DNA from: a virus
Lineage: Duplodnaviria > Caudoviricetes
Length of the DNA stretch: 28,614 bases
Reading direction: 5' to 3' (one strand)
IMG/VR virus record: IMGVR_UViG_3300025608_000998
Location: 1 to 28,614 of that record
Below, piece by piece: positions 17,004 through 26,585 of the stretch. The notes beneath the pieces are model-generated. The model searched no databases. It was not told the origin of the DNA and was given only the letters and a program-made list of their open reading frames with translations. Position numbers and translations under genes: made by a program. Position 1 is the first letter of the stretch. Every line of letters begins with the position of its first letter.

Positions 17004-17019
17004 AATGGAAGCGTCACAA

Positions 17020-18105
17020 ATGAGTTATATTTTCACAAGTGAATCGGTGTCAGCAGGACACCCAGACAAGATCGCTGATCAGATCAGCGACGCATTGCTC
17101 GACGAAGCATTGAAAAGAGGTGACGAGACAACTCGTGTCGCCATTGAGACTCTGGTCTCGACAAACACTGTTGTGGTTGCTGGTGAGGCCAAGAACTTCA
17201 ACCTGACCAGAGAAGAAGTGTCAGACGTCATCATCAAAAAAATCAAAGAGATTGGATATGACCAAGAAGGTTTCAGTTGGAAGTCTGTTGACATCATCAA
17301 CAAGATCCATGCTCAGTCTGGTGACATCGGTCTTGGAACTGACGATTTCGGAGCAGGCGACCAAGGCATCATGTTTGGATATGCTTGCAACGAGACTGAG
17401 TCTTTGATGCCTGCACCCATTCACTACTCGCACGAAATCTTGAAGGCACTCGCTGAGACACGTGAACTTGGGTATGACAATGGCATTCTTGGACCAGACG
17501 CCAAGTCTCAAGTTTCTTTTGAGTATGGCGAAGATGGCAAACCAACTCGTGCGACTGCAGTGGTTGTTTCGACGCAACACACGGAAGGAAACTACGATCA
17601 GGCATGTGCATTAGCAGAAGCATGTGCACGTGGAGTTCTTGGTGATTATGTAGATGGTCAAACGAAGTTCCACATCAATCCAACAGGCAACTTCGTGATT
17701 GGTGGACCAGACGGTGATGCTGGTGTGACAGGTCGCAAGATCATCGTTGACACATACGGTGGCTATGCTCCTCACGGTGGTGGTGCTTTCTCAGGAAAGG
17801 ATCCAACGAAGGTTGATCGCTCTGCTGCATACATGGCTCGGTTCCTTGCGAAGAAAGCAGTCGCATTCGGAATGTGCAACTGGTGCACAGTTCAGTTGTC
17901 ATATGCGATTGGTGTGAAAGAACCGATGGCAATCTACATTGACACTGACGGACAAAAAGCAGCCATTCGTGGCATGATCGATACACACGACCTGACTCCT
18001 CTTGGAATCATTCGTCAGTTCGATCTTTTCAACTTCACAAACTACAGCAAAGAATGTGTGTTTGGTCACTTTGGTGACAAAAACGTTCCATGGGAAAGGG
18101 TATGA
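17020..18105 (+). CDS. metK: S-adenosylmethionine synthetase
   Basis: FTSESV..GHPDK, GAGDQG, GGPDGDAGVTGRKIIVDTYGG and GGGAFSGKDPTKVDRS. Start could be 17005. Confidence 0.97.
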   Translation: MSYIFTSESVSAGHPDKIADQISDALLDEALKRGDETTRVAIETLVSTNTVVVAGEAKNFNLTREEVSDVIIKKIKEIGYDQEGFSWKSVDIINKIHAQSGDIGLGTDDFGAGDQGIMFGYACNETESLMPAPIHYSHEILKALAETRELGYDNGILGPDAKSQVSFEYGEDGKPTRATAVVVSTQHTEGNYDQACALAEACARGVLGDYVDGQTKFHINPTGNFVIGGPDGDAGVTGRKIIVDTYGGYAPHGGGAFSGKDPTKVDRSAAYMARFLAKKAVAFGMCNWCTVQLSYAIGVKEPMAIYIDTDGQKAAIRGMIDTHDLTPLGIIRQFDLFNFTNYSKECVFGHFGDKNVPWERV

Positions 18106-18851
18106 TCTACATCACAAACACTCCAACAGAAGTAATTCCTGATCGGGAATATCTTCAGTCAGTCAACATCTGTTTCGGACTTCCAGCATATGGCGGAATG
18201 ATGACAGAAGCATGTTTCACCTCTTTCATCAAGTGGGCAGCAATTGCTAATTCGCTTGGAATCAATTGGAACACCTACACTCTCGCCAACGAGAGTTTGA
18301 TCACTCGTGGTCGAAACACAATCGTGAAATACTTCGAAGAATCCGAACAATACACTCACTTGATGTTTGTCGATGCTGACATTGGTTGGGAACCTGGACA
18401 TCTGATCCGTCTCCTTCAACACAAGAAACCACTGATTGGTGGTTGCTATCCTCTGAAGTCTCTGCCTCTCGAAGCAGTTGCGAATCCTGTCGAAGGTGGA
18501 TACATCGACTCTGAAATCATGGAAGTGTCACGCACTGGCACAGGTTTCCTTCTCATTGAACGTCAGGTCATCGAGAAAATGAAAGAACACGAGAAAGTCG
18601 TAGAGTTCACTTCCGATCAAGGTATCAATATAAGCAAGAGAATCCACACTTGGTTCGACGTTGAAGTTCGTGACGACACCTACCTTTCTGAGGACTGGTT
18701 CTTCTGTGAGAACTGGAGAGATCTTGGCGGTCAGGTGTTCCTCGATCGCAAGTTCATTTTGAATCATATGGGCACGATCACCTTTGGACCAACAACGAAC
18801 AGTGCAGTCCTCGAACGTGCCAGACTTCTCTTTCAATCGGAGGAAAACTGA
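18102..18851 (+). CDS. Putative GT-A fold glycosyltransferase-like protein
   Basis: PAYGG, NESLITRGRN, THLMFVDADI, GTGFLLI and YLSEDWFFC. Confidence 0.65.
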   Translation: MIYITNTPTEVIPDREYLQSVNICFGLPAYGGMMTEACFTSFIKWAAIANSLGINWNTYTLANESLITRGRNTIVKYFEESEQYTHLMFVDADIGWEPGHLIRLLQHKKPLIGGCYPLKSLPLEAVANPVEGGYIDSEIMEVSRTGTGFLLIERQVIEKMKEHEKVVEFTSDQGINISKRIHTWFDVEVRDDTYLSEDWFFCENWRDLGGQVFLDRKFILNHMGTITFGPTTNSAVLERARLLFQSEEN

Positions 18852-19502
18852 ATGAAGGTGAGACTAGTCAGTCATTCGGAACCAACAGGGGCATTTGAAG
18901 GCATCGGTGACATCAAAGATCTCGTTGCCTTCTGTGCTCGTGTTTCGAATCCATCAAATCAAATGAACACAGAGACAACTGATCGTCTTCTGAACTATCT
19001 GAAAAAACACGCACACTGGTCTCCATTCGAAATGGTTTCAATCTGTCTAGAGATAGAGACCACACGAGACATCGCACGACAGATCCTTCGTCATCGCAGT
19101 TTCAGTTTCCAAGAGTTCAGTCAAAGATACGCCAACCCTGAGACTGAGTTTGATGAGATGTTTGTTCGACGTGAAGCACGTCTTCAGGATGAAAAGAATC
19201 GTCAGAACTCAATCATGGTTGAAGACAAAGAACTTGATCATGAGTGGTTTCGGATTCAGGGTCGTGTGATGTGGATGGCAGAACGCGAGTACAAACGAGC
19301 AATCAAACTGGGCATCGCAAAGGAACAAGCACGTGCTTTGCTTCCTGAAGGTTTGACCAAGTCGCGTCTCTACATGAACGGGACTCTTCGTTCTTGGATT
19401 CACTACATTGAACTGCGTCGTGAGAACGGCACACAGAAAGAGCACATGGAAGTCGCCAGAGCATGTGCTGAAGCAATCTCAAAAATATACGAAATTAATT
19501 AA
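18852..19502 (+). CDS. thyX: FAD-dependent thymidylate synthase
   Basis: HWSPFE, ThyX motif RHRSFSFQEFSQRY, and EQARALLP. Confidence 0.95.
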   Translation: MKVRLVSHSEPTGAFEGIGDIKDLVAFCARVSNPSNQMNTETTDRLLNYLKKHAHWSPFEMVSICLEIETTRDIARQILRHRSFSFQEFSQRYANPETEFDEMFVRREARLQDEKNRQNSIMVEDKELDHEWFRIQGRVMWMAEREYKRAIKLGIAKEQARALLPEGLTKSRLYMNGTLRSWIHYIELRRENGTQKEHMEVARACAEAISKIYEIN

Positions 19503-19528
19503 AAAAAACTACAATCCATAACTATAAC
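19500..19528 (+). promoter_or_regulatory. AAA-N16-CTATAAC promoter-like motif (intergenic)
   Basis: TAAAAAAAACTACAATCCATAACTATAAC in the thyX/DUF932 gap, followed by a GAGG RBS. Confidence 0.7.
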
Positions 19529-19562
19529 GTGTGTACTGAAAATGATTGATGAGGAAATCAAA

Positions 19563-20504
19563 ATGGCACATGAATTGGAAATGATCAATGGCGAAGCGCA
19601 AATGGCATATGTTGGTGAGACACCATGGCACGGTTTGGGTGTTCGCGTTGATGAAGGCATCTCTCCTGCTGAGATGATGAAAGTCTCTGGTCTTGATTGG
19701 ACTGTCGAAAAGCGACCAATGTATCTTGCTGATGGTGCTCAAGTGCCAAAGAAGCATGCATTGGTTCGCACCTCTGACAACAAGGTTCTCGATCTTGTTG
19801 GCAACAACTGGACACCTGTCCAAAACTCAACTGCTTTCGACTTCTTCCAGGAGTTCTGCGATGCTGGTGACATGACCATGCACACTGCAGGTTCTCTTCT
19901 CGAAGGTCGCCGCATTTGGGCACTGGCGAAAGTCTCTTCTGACTTCACAGTGTTCGGTGACGACAAGGTTGAAGGATATCTTCTCTTCTCCAACCCACAC
20001 ATGTTCGGTCAGTGTGTTGACGTTCGTTTCACACCGATCCGTGTTGTGTGCAACAACACTTTGACAATGTCTCTGAACTCAAAGGCACAGAACTTCGCGA
20101 AGGTCAACCACCGTGGTGAGTTCGATCCTGAAGCAGTCAAAGAGATCCTTGGCATTGCTCGCAACACAATGGACGAATACAAGCAAGTCGCTGAGTTCCT
20201 TGGTTCGAAGCAAGTTGAAGACAAGAAGTTCAAAGAGTTCTTGGGTAAGGTTTTCGGCGAGTCATCCAAAGACGGCAAGTTGCGTCGCAATGCTCAGTTG
20301 GCATATGAAGTGTTTGAAACACAACCAGGAGCAGAGTTCGCTCGTGGTTCATGGTGGCAGGCACTCAACGCAGTGACCTACATCACTGATCACCAGATGG
20401 GTCGCACGAACGATGCTCGTCTGAACTCAGTCTGGTTCGGTGCTGGTCGCAAGCAAAAGATCAATGCGGTCAAAGAAGCAGTCTCCTTCGCGGAGGCAGC
20501 ATGA
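19563..20504 (+). CDS. DUF932/DUF945-family phage protein
   Basis: MAHELE, PWHGLG, TAGSL..GRRIWALA, TPIRVVCNNTL and WWQALNAVT; GAGG RBS before 19563. Confidence 0.85.
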   Translation: MAHELEMINGEAQMAYVGETPWHGLGVRVDEGISPAEMMKVSGLDWTVEKRPMYLADGAQVPKKHALVRTSDNKVLDLVGNNWTPVQNSTAFDFFQEFCDAGDMTMHTAGSLLEGRRIWALAKVSSDFTVFGDDKVEGYLLFSNPHMFGQCVDVRFTPIRVVCNNTLTMSLNSKAQNFAKVNHRGEFDPEAVKEILGIARNTMDEYKQVAEFLGSKQVEDKKFKEFLGKVFGESSKDGKLRRNAQLAYEVFETQPGAEFARGSWWQALNAVTYITDHQMGRTNDARLNSVWFGAGRKQKINAVKEAVSFAEAA

Positions 20505-20686
20505 TCTGGGTTCTTTTCGCTGCCATCATTGGCACAGACAATCAAGAGTTTTTTGACATGGTTGAAGAACGTCAGAACAAGGGTGCCGAATGGCACCTCG
20601 TGGAAAAGGAAGTTCAGTCCGGTCAACTGACCTTTCCTAAAAATATCAAGACCTACATTTTTGAAATCGAAACGGTGAAACAATGA
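20501..20686 (+). CDS. Small hypothetical protein with hydrophobic N-terminus
   Basis: GGAGG RBS and ATGA overlaps on both sides. Confidence 0.65.
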   Translation: MIWVLFAAIIGTDNQEFFDMVEERQNKGAEWHLVEKEVQSGQLTFPKNIKTYIFEIETVKQ

Positions 20687-21339
20687 AAAAGTTATTGTTG
20701 GTTGCTGCATTGGCAGCTTTGGGTGGTTGTTCTTCTTTTCAAGGAACAGCTTTGAATGAGAAAGTGGCAAACTCAGTGAACGAAAGCGATCCAATCAAAG
20801 AGCGCACAATCTCTTCTGAGTGGGCAGATGGTGGTGTGAAACTGACTTACACACTCTTAGGCGAGTTGGATGAAATCGAAGTCACTGCCTCTGTCCCAGC
20901 ATACACTTCAAACTACAAAATAGTGGCAGAATCTCTTGCTCGACAGAAGTTGGTTGAGTTTGTGTATGGCTCGGAAACAAAGACTGAGTCTCGAGTTGAC
21001 TTGATTGGTCAAACCATTGACCTTGCCGAAGACAACACTCTCGACAACTACATCAAAGACGACAATGGAGCTATTGACGCGGAAGCACTTGAAGATGAGA
21101 TTGCCTCAAATGATGTAAACGTTCCTGAGAGGCAGTCCGGAACTTCAACTCAGCGGAAAGCCAAGACTGTCGAGAAGACTCTTGTTGACGAAACTCGAAA
21201 GATCTCTTCTTCGGGTCGCCTAGTTGGTTGGATGATAGGTGGTCGTCCTTCTCAAGACGGCAAAGTGTGGATTGCAGTCATGAAATGGTCGAAAGACACT
21301 CAAGCAGCATCTGATTTGCTTCGGGTTTCAGTACGATGA
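20683..21339 (+). CDS. Putative lipoprotein
   Basis: MKKLLLVAALAALGGC signal peptide II with lipobox. Confidence 0.75.
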   Translation: MKKLLLVAALAALGGCSSFQGTALNEKVANSVNESDPIKERTISSEWADGGVKLTYTLLGELDEIEVTASVPAYTSNYKIVAESLARQKLVEFVYGSETKTESRVDLIGQTIDLAEDNTLDNYIKDDNGAIDAEALEDEIASNDVNVPERQSGTSTQRKAKTVEKTLVDETRKISSSGRLVGWMIGGRPSQDGKVWIAVMKWSKDTQAASDLLRVSVR

Positions 21340-22304
21340 GGCGGTTTGCTCTGGCTTTGGCGTTGATGCTTTCAACGCCAGCTCATTCGGATTTTGATCT
21401 TGGTGTTGTTTTCTCTTCTCCAGTTTCAGCTGTTCTAAAACTGGGTCAGTGGATTGCTTCTGACAGTGCGTCAGAAAAAGAAACAATCGAAGTCAGAGTC
21501 GAAGTAACCAGCAAAGATACTCTTGAGGAGAAACGAAAACTTGCCTTTGACAAAGCACTGACAGAAGTCTTTGGCAAACTCACAGTTTCAGATGTTGTGG
21601 TCGAAAACAACAAGGTCACAAAGAATCAGATTCTCACAGCCAATTCAGGTTATGTCTCAGACTTCAAAATAGTTGAAAGTCACGGAGACACCATAGTCAT
21701 GGACATTTGGGTATCTCGCTCCAGAGTTGCTGACAGGCATCTTGGTAAGAAAACTGTCGATGGTACCATCAAGGGCAAAACCATTGCTGAGTTGAAGATG
21801 GCTTATGACAAAGGAGGGGTTGACAGAAAGAAAATGATAAGTGAAGTTTTCTCTGACTTTGACGAGATGGCATTCAATCATTCCGTCGCAGGTGTCGCTT
21901 TCAAAACTGACGGCACTCTTGAGATCGATGTCAAAAGCGAATGGAATCAGAACTTTCTTCGTGCTGTTGACGAAGTGATGGAAACTACCATGACTGAGTT
22001 TGATCCTTGGGAAGAAGAAAGGTTTCGTATCAAAACAGAAGACAGTTGGATATCAAACACTTACAACCCATCGGAACAAGTGAAACAAATCGTTGCTGAA
22101 CCAAGGCAATTGGTGTTTGATCTTGGACACAAACAAGTCTGCAGACAACACAACCTGTATCCTTTGGTGTCGTTTGAAAACAAGGTTCTGTTCTTCAACT
22201 CAAGAATCGAAGGGTACAATAAATTTTCTGTGCCTCTGACTATAAAAGAACTTGAGAACACTGACAGCGTCAGCGTACAAATGAAAAGAGGATGGTGTTC
22301 ATGA
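21336..22304 (+). CDS. Putative exported protein
   Basis: Signal peptide [18 protein letters not shown]; ATGA-coupled to the lipoprotein. Confidence 0.7.
   Translation: MRRFALALALMLSTPAHSDFDLGVVFSSPVSAVLKLGQWIASDSASEKETIEVRVEVTSKDTLEEKRKLAFDKALTEVFGKLTVSDVVVENNKVTKNQILTANSGYVSDFKIVESHGDTIVMDIWVSRSRVADRHLGKKTVDGTIKGKTIAELKMAYDKGGVDRKKMISEVFSDFDEMAFNHSVAGVAFKTDGTLEIDVKSEWNQNFLRAVDEVMETTMTEFDPWEEERFRIKTEDSWISNTYNPSEQVKQIVAEPRQLVFDLGHKQVCRQHNLYPLVSFENKVLFFNSRIEGYNKFSVPLTIKELENTDSVSVQMKRGWCS
22218..22246 (+). promoter_or_regulatory. AAA-N16-CTATAA promoter-like motif before guaC
   Basis: AATAAATTTTCTGTGCCTCTGACTATAAA. Confidence 0.45.
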
Positions 22305-23326
22305 GAATAGAAGATGATATTAAACTAGATCTTGACGATGTCTTGATCCGCCCAAAGAGGTCGACTCTGACCTCTCGTTCTGAGGTTGTCATTGAACGTG
22401 ACTTCGGGTTCTTCAAAGGAGTTCCCATTGTCGCTGCAAACATGGACACAACAGGAACGATTGAAATCGCGACAGTCCTTGAGCAGTTCAAGATGATGAC
22501 GTGTCTGCACAAACACTACGACATTGAAGATTTGTACGACTTCTTCTTCACACCTCGTGAACACACTGCATACAGCATGGGCATCACTGATGCTGATCTT
22601 CACAAGTGGAACACACTCAAGTCAAAACTACCAAAAGGAAACATCAAACATGTCTGCATCGACGTCGCAAATGGATACACCGAAAGATTCATCGAATTCG
22701 TCAGATCCTTTAAGTATGAAAATCCAGACATCACGATTATTGCGGGAAACGTGGTCACAGGCGACATCACGATGCAACTTATCCTTGCTGGCGCAGATGT
22801 GGTCAAAGTTGGGATCGGTCCTGGATCAGTGTGCACAACTCGCACTAAAACTGGCGTTGGCTATCCTCAGCTCAGTGCTGTTATTGAATGTGCTGATGCT
22901 GCTCATGGTGTGGGTGGAAGAATTATGGCGGATGGAGGTTGTCGGTCGTCTGGAGATGTCGTCAAACTTCTGGGAGCTGGTGCTGACTTTGTTATGTTGG
23001 GTGGTATGTTTGCTGGTCACGAAGAGAGTGGCGGAGAAACTGTAGTCGAAGAAGGAGCAATGTTCAAGACATTCTATGGCATGTCATCTGACACAGCGAT
23101 GGACGCATACGCAGGTGGCGTCGCAGAGTATCGTGCTTCTGAAGGAAAAACAGTAAAAATTCCATTCAAGGGTGCTATAACGAACACAGTGAATGACATC
23201 CTCGGAGGGTTGCGTTCTGCCTGCACATACGTGGGAGCGAAGGAGTTGCGAGAACTTTCAAAGTGCACGACATTCGTGCGAGTCAACAACACTCACAACA
23301 GAGTTTATGAAGGAAAAGAAATATGA
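22301..23326 (+). CDS. guaC: GMP reductase
   Basis: [60 protein letters not shown] and YRASEGK. Confidence 0.95.
   Translation: MRIEDDIKLDLDDVLIRPKRSTLTSRSEVVIERDFGFFKGVPIVAANMDTTGTIEIATVLEQFKMMTCLHKHYDIEDLYDFFFTPREHTAYSMGITDADLHKWNTLKSKLPKGNIKHVCIDVANGYTERFIEFVRSFKYENPDITIIAGNVVTGDITMQLILAGADVVKVGIGPGSVCTTRTKTGVGYPQLSAVIECADAAHGVGGRIMADGGCRSSGDVVKLLGAGADFVMLGGMFAGHEESGGETVVEEGAMFKTFYGMSSDTAMDAYAGGVAEYRASEGKTVKIPFKGAITNTVNDILGGLRSACTYVGAKELRELSKCTTFVRVNNTHNRVYEGKEI
23153..23181 (+). promoter_or_regulatory. AAA-N16-CTATAAC promoter-like motif
   Basis: GTAAAAATTCCATTCAAGGGTGCTATAAC near the 3' end of guaC, upstream of peroxiredoxin and gp45. Confidence 0.5.
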
Positions 23327-23895
23327 TCTATGAATTCGATCAAGGTGCCGACCACGACAAGGTCGGTGATCGCATACCAACCACAACAGTTTATTCGCGT
23401 GTACGCGATGAGTCTGTCGGTGGACCAAATCCATTCCGCTGGGATCTGAAGCACTCGGGTGACTACTTTGCTGGTCGTCGTGTGATCTTCTTCTCATTAC
23501 CAGGAGCATTCACACCAACTTGCTCAACTTTCCAACTGCCAACATTCGAAGATCGTTTCGGTGATTTCGAAGATCTTGGCATTGACGGCATCATCTGTGC
23601 ATCAGTCAATGACGCATTCGTGATGAAGTGTTGGGCTGATCAACAGAACGTTCTCAACGTTGAAATGTTCCCTGATGGCAACGGTGACTTCACAGGCGAG
23701 ATGGGCATGTTGGTCAACAAACGTCATCTTGGTTTTGGTGATCGTTCGTGGCGATATGCCATGGTCGTTGACGATGGCGTCATCGAAGCATTCTGGGAAG
23801 AACCAGGAAACAACTACAACGGTTCTGATGCCGATCCATATGGTGAGACATCTCCCGAAAACATCCTCAAGTATCTGAAAAAGGAAGCAGTATGA
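23323..23895 (+). CDS. Peroxiredoxin (Prx5/Redoxin family)
   Basis: [29 protein letters not shown] and RSWRYAM. Confidence 0.92.
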   Translation: MIYEFDQGADHDKVGDRIPTTTVYSRVRDESVGGPNPFRWDLKHSGDYFAGRRVIFFSLPGAFTPTCSTFQLPTFEDRFGDFEDLGIDGIICASVNDAFVMKCWADQQNVLNVEMFPDGNGDFTGEMGMLVNKRHLGFGDRSWRYAMVVDDGVIEAFWEEPGNNYNGSDADPYGETSPENILKYLKKEAV

Positions 23896-24548
23896 AACTG
23901 AGCAAAAAAACCCAAGCAATCTTGAAAAACTTCGCTGGCATCAACCAGTCGATCATCATCAAGTCCGGCAATCAACTTCAAACCATCTCAAACGTCAAAG
24001 ACGTGTTCGCGAAGGTTGAGATTGAAGAAACATTTGATCGCGACTTCGCAATCTATGACCTCAACGAGTTCCTCGGTGTTGTCGGGTTGTTCGAAGATCC
24101 AGATCTGGATTTCCAAGAATCACACGTTGTGATCTCTGAAGGCGAGCAGGAGCAGAACTACTTCTACGCTGATCCTTCGATCATCACTGCTCCACCTGAG
24201 AATGGTGTGACACTTCCTTCGACTGAAGTGACAGCCAAAATCACCAAAGAGCAACTTCAGACTTTGGTCAAGGCAGCGTCTGCGAACGCAGCAACTGATC
24301 TGACGTTTGAGAACGGCACGGTCAAGGTTCACGACAAAACCAAGCCAAACTCAAACTCTTTCCAGATCAAGAGCGTCGCTGATCACAATGTTGATTACTC
24401 TCTGTCAATCAGCGTTGAAAAGATGAAGATGGTTGTTGACGACTATGATGTCAACATCTGCTCGAAAGGTTTGTCTCAGTTCTCTGGAAGCACTTCCGGA
24501 ATCAACTACTTCGTTGCTCTCCAGCCAGACGGGAAGTATGGCTCGTGA
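23892..24548 (+). CDS. gp45: Sliding clamp (T4 gp45-like)
   Basis: MKLSKKT..ILKNFAGINQSI, FAIYDLNEFL and YFYADPSII; located in the replication block. Confidence 0.92.
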   Translation: MKLSKKTQAILKNFAGINQSIIIKSGNQLQTISNVKDVFAKVEIEETFDRDFAIYDLNEFLGVVGLFEDPDLDFQESHVVISEGEQEQNYFYADPSIITAPPENGVTLPSTEVTAKITKEQLQTLVKAASANAATDLTFENGTVKVHDKTKPNSNSFQIKSVADHNVDYSLSISVEKMKMVVDDYDVNICSKGLSQFSGSTSGINYFVALQPDGKYGS

Positions 24549-24808
24549 AACCCGAGTTGACGACTGAAGAAAGAGAGCAGTTCGAAGACCTGCTCTTTGA
24601 GGCACACTTTGCTGCTCAGAAGTATCTTGAGAGTGGCAAAACTTTGCATCAGAAGGTTCTTGAGGTCAGTGTGTCTGACGCACTGAACATGATGGAACGG
24701 TTGTCTGAGAAAATCAAAGATGATGAGTACTCAGAGAATTATAAACTTCACTTGCTCGTGCCTCTTCACTTGATAAAATTACTTGAATCGAGAAATGAGC
24801 AAAAGTAA
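24545..24808 (+). CDS. Hypothetical protein
   Basis: GTG start with a GTGA overlap; fills the gap. Confidence 0.6.
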   Translation: MKPELTTEEREQFEDLLFEAHFAAQKYLESGKTLHQKVLEVSVSDALNMMERLSEKIKDDEYSENYKLHLLVPLHLIKLLESRNEQK

Positions 24809-24983
24809 AGACTTCGAGAAAAAATGGAAAGGGCAGTTCAAGTGGGGCAAGTCAGGCACAGCAGCAGGCAACGCCATTGCTGTTGAGTTCGAAGGCGAAG
24901 TCTACGACACCCTCACTGCTGCTTCCGAAGCAACTGGAAAATCTATTTCATACATCAAAAAACATGGGAAAATACTGAAATGA
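24795..24983 (+). CDS. Small NUMOD1-like helix-turn-helix protein
   Basis: VEFEGEVYDTLTAASEATGKS resembles NUMOD1-type DNA-binding motifs. Confidence 0.5.
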   Translation: MSKSKDFEKKWKGQFKWGKSGTAAGNAIAVEFEGEVYDTLTAASEATGKSISYIKKHGKILK

Positions 24984-25225
24984 CATCAGATGAAAAGAAA
25001 ATCGTGCAAGGTGCACTGTCTGAAATGTGTGACTCTTTCACACGCACTGCTGCGGAACGTGATCTCCAAAAAGAAATCGTTTCAAAAATCAAGGAAGAGA
25101 CAACTATAACTCCAAGGGTGTTTCGAAAAATGGCGAAGGTTGCCTTCGCTGCCAACTTCTCTGAAGAGGTTGCGTTGCACGAAGAGTTTGAAGAGTTATA
25201 TCAAGAAATCAACGGAGTAGAGTAA
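24980..25225 (+). CDS. T4 DsbA-like dsDNA-binding protein
   Basis: AERDLQKEI...FRKMAKV...NFSEEVA..EEFEELY pattern, 81 aa. Confidence 0.7.
   Translation: MTSDEKKIVQGALSEMCDSFTRTAAERDLQKEIVSKIKEETTITPRVFRKMAKVAFAANFSEEVALHEEFEELYQEINGVE
25082..25110 (+). promoter_or_regulatory. AAA-N16-CTATAAC promoter-like motif before the clamp loader
   Basis: TCAAAAATCAAGGAAGAGACAACTATAAC. Confidence 0.55.
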
Positions 25226-26157
25226 TGAAAGATCAGTTCTTGTGGTGTGAAAAATATCGTCCTTTGACAATCGAAGATTGCATCCTGCCTGACAACCTGA
25301 AGTCGGTTTTCGTAAACCTCAGGGATAAGGGCGAGATCATCAATCTGCTGTTGTCTGGCACTGCAGGAACTGGCAAAACAACTGTCGCACGTGCGTTGTG
25401 CAATGAACTTGGTTGTGACTACATCATCATCAACGGATCAGAGACTCGAGGCATCGACATGGTTCGATCAAAGGTTCAGTCGTTCGCTGGCACAATGTCA
25501 ACGAATGGCAAGACCAAAGTCGTGATCCTTGATGAGGCAGACTACATCACACCAGAAGCACAAGCAGCACTGCGAAACCTGATTGAAGCATTCAGTGCAA
25601 ACTGTCGCTTCATTCTGACGTGCAACTTCAAACAGAAGATCATTGCACCTCTGCACAGTCGGTGTTCGGTCATCGACTTCAACATTGACAAGAGCGATTT
25701 GGTCAAACTGCAAGCGTCTCTCGCAAAGAGAGTTCTCGACATTCTTCGTGATGAAGAGGTCGACTTTGTAAATGATGCAGTGTTTGAAACGATCAAACGT
25801 TTCTATCCTGACAATCGTCGGATCCTCAATGAATTGCAAAGATATGCAAACATTGGTGGAACCATTGACTCTGGAGTTCTGGCTGTGATTGACAGTTCCA
25901 AGGTCAAAACTCTTGTCAACTCAATGAGATCGGGGAAGTTCCAGGAGTGTCGGCAATGGATCGCTGACAATCCTGACCCCGACTCACTTTTTTCTGACCT
26001 GTATGACAACATGAATGATTTGGTTGCACCTGACTCAATCCCCAACCTGATTCTGATCATGGGTGAGTATCAACACAGGGCAGCATTCGTTGCGAATCCA
26101 GAGATCAACTTGGCTGCATTCGTCGTCGAGTGCATGAAGGGAATCAAGTGGCGATGA
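25225..26157 (+). CDS. gp44: Clamp loader large subunit (T4 gp44-like)
   Basis: LWCEKYRP, GTAGTGKTT, ILDEADY, AQAALR and PLHSRC. Confidence 0.95.
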   Translation: MKDQFLWCEKYRPLTIEDCILPDNLKSVFVNLRDKGEIINLLLSGTAGTGKTTVARALCNELGCDYIIINGSETRGIDMVRSKVQSFAGTMSTNGKTKVVILDEADYITPEAQAALRNLIEAFSANCRFILTCNFKQKIIAPLHSRCSVIDFNIDKSDLVKLQASLAKRVLDILRDEEVDFVNDAVFETIKRFYPDNRRILNELQRYANIGGTIDSGVLAVIDSSKVKTLVNSMRSGKFQECRQWIADNPDPDSLFSDLYDNMNDLVAPDSIPNLILIMGEYQHRAAFVANPEINLAAFVVECMKGIKWR

Positions 26158-26585
26158 ACATCGACCTCTTCGGAAACATCATTCAGGAAGAAGAAACCTT
26201 TGAAGTCAAGGTCGAGAAGAAGTCGCCTTTTGACTACATCAAAAACATCGCAGACAAAAAGTATCCTGATGACTTGTCAGGGTATCTGCCATACATCACC
26301 AATCTCGCAATGAGCCAAAGGAAGGACTTGGTTGTGTTCGCGAATGAACTCAATAAATACCATTCACTTCCTGAGAAAGCACAATTTGACTTCTACTTTC
26401 ATGCTCTTCCCAAGAAGAATCTTTTCGCCAAGTGGAGCAAGAGAGTGGATATCAAAGAACTTGAGCCAATTAAGGCATACTTCAACTGTTCAGACAAAGT
26501 TGCAAAAGAATATCAAAAAACTCTAAAATCCGAGGATCTTGTTACTATAATAAAATGGTACAATGAACACAGAGGTGGAATATGA
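26154..26585 (+). CDS. gp62: Clamp loader small subunit (T4 gp62-like)
   Basis: SPFDYIKNI, YLPYITN.AMS, ANELN, QFDFY and KWSK; immediately follows gp44. Confidence 0.88.
   Translation: MNIDLFGNIIQEEETFEVKVEKKSPFDYIKNIADKKYPDDLSGYLPYITNLAMSQRKDLVVFANELNKYHSLPEKAQFDFYFHALPKKNLFAKWSKRVDIKELEPIKAYFNCSDKVAKEYQKTLKSEDLVTIIKWYNEHRGGI
26523..26551 (+). promoter_or_regulatory. AAA-N16-CTATAAT promoter-like motif before msrB
   Basis: CTAAAATCCGAGGATCTTGTTACTATAAT, 30 nt before the ATG at 26582. Confidence 0.55.

Noticed and set aside
3189-17019. Identical MEASQ peptide at 3189 and 17005
   Set aside because: Only five residues with different codons in unrelated genes; 17020 is the likelier metK start, so probably chance.
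15660-17020. SAM or SAH riboswitch upstream of ahcY or metK
   Set aside because: ahcY overlaps clpP and metK follows ahcY within 16 nt. There is no leader space and no recognisable aptamer.
5480-23895. Bacterial chromosome origin, suggested by gmd, kdsA, metK, ahcY, clpP and guaC
   Set aside because: These genes are contiguous with gp45, gp44, gp62, regA and gp43, on a single strand with phage-like packing and a shared promoter motif.
3863-26359. AATAAATA at 3863-3870 and 26352-26359 as late promoters
   Set aside because: Each is one mismatch from the T4 consensus and intragenic; not supportable without TSS data.
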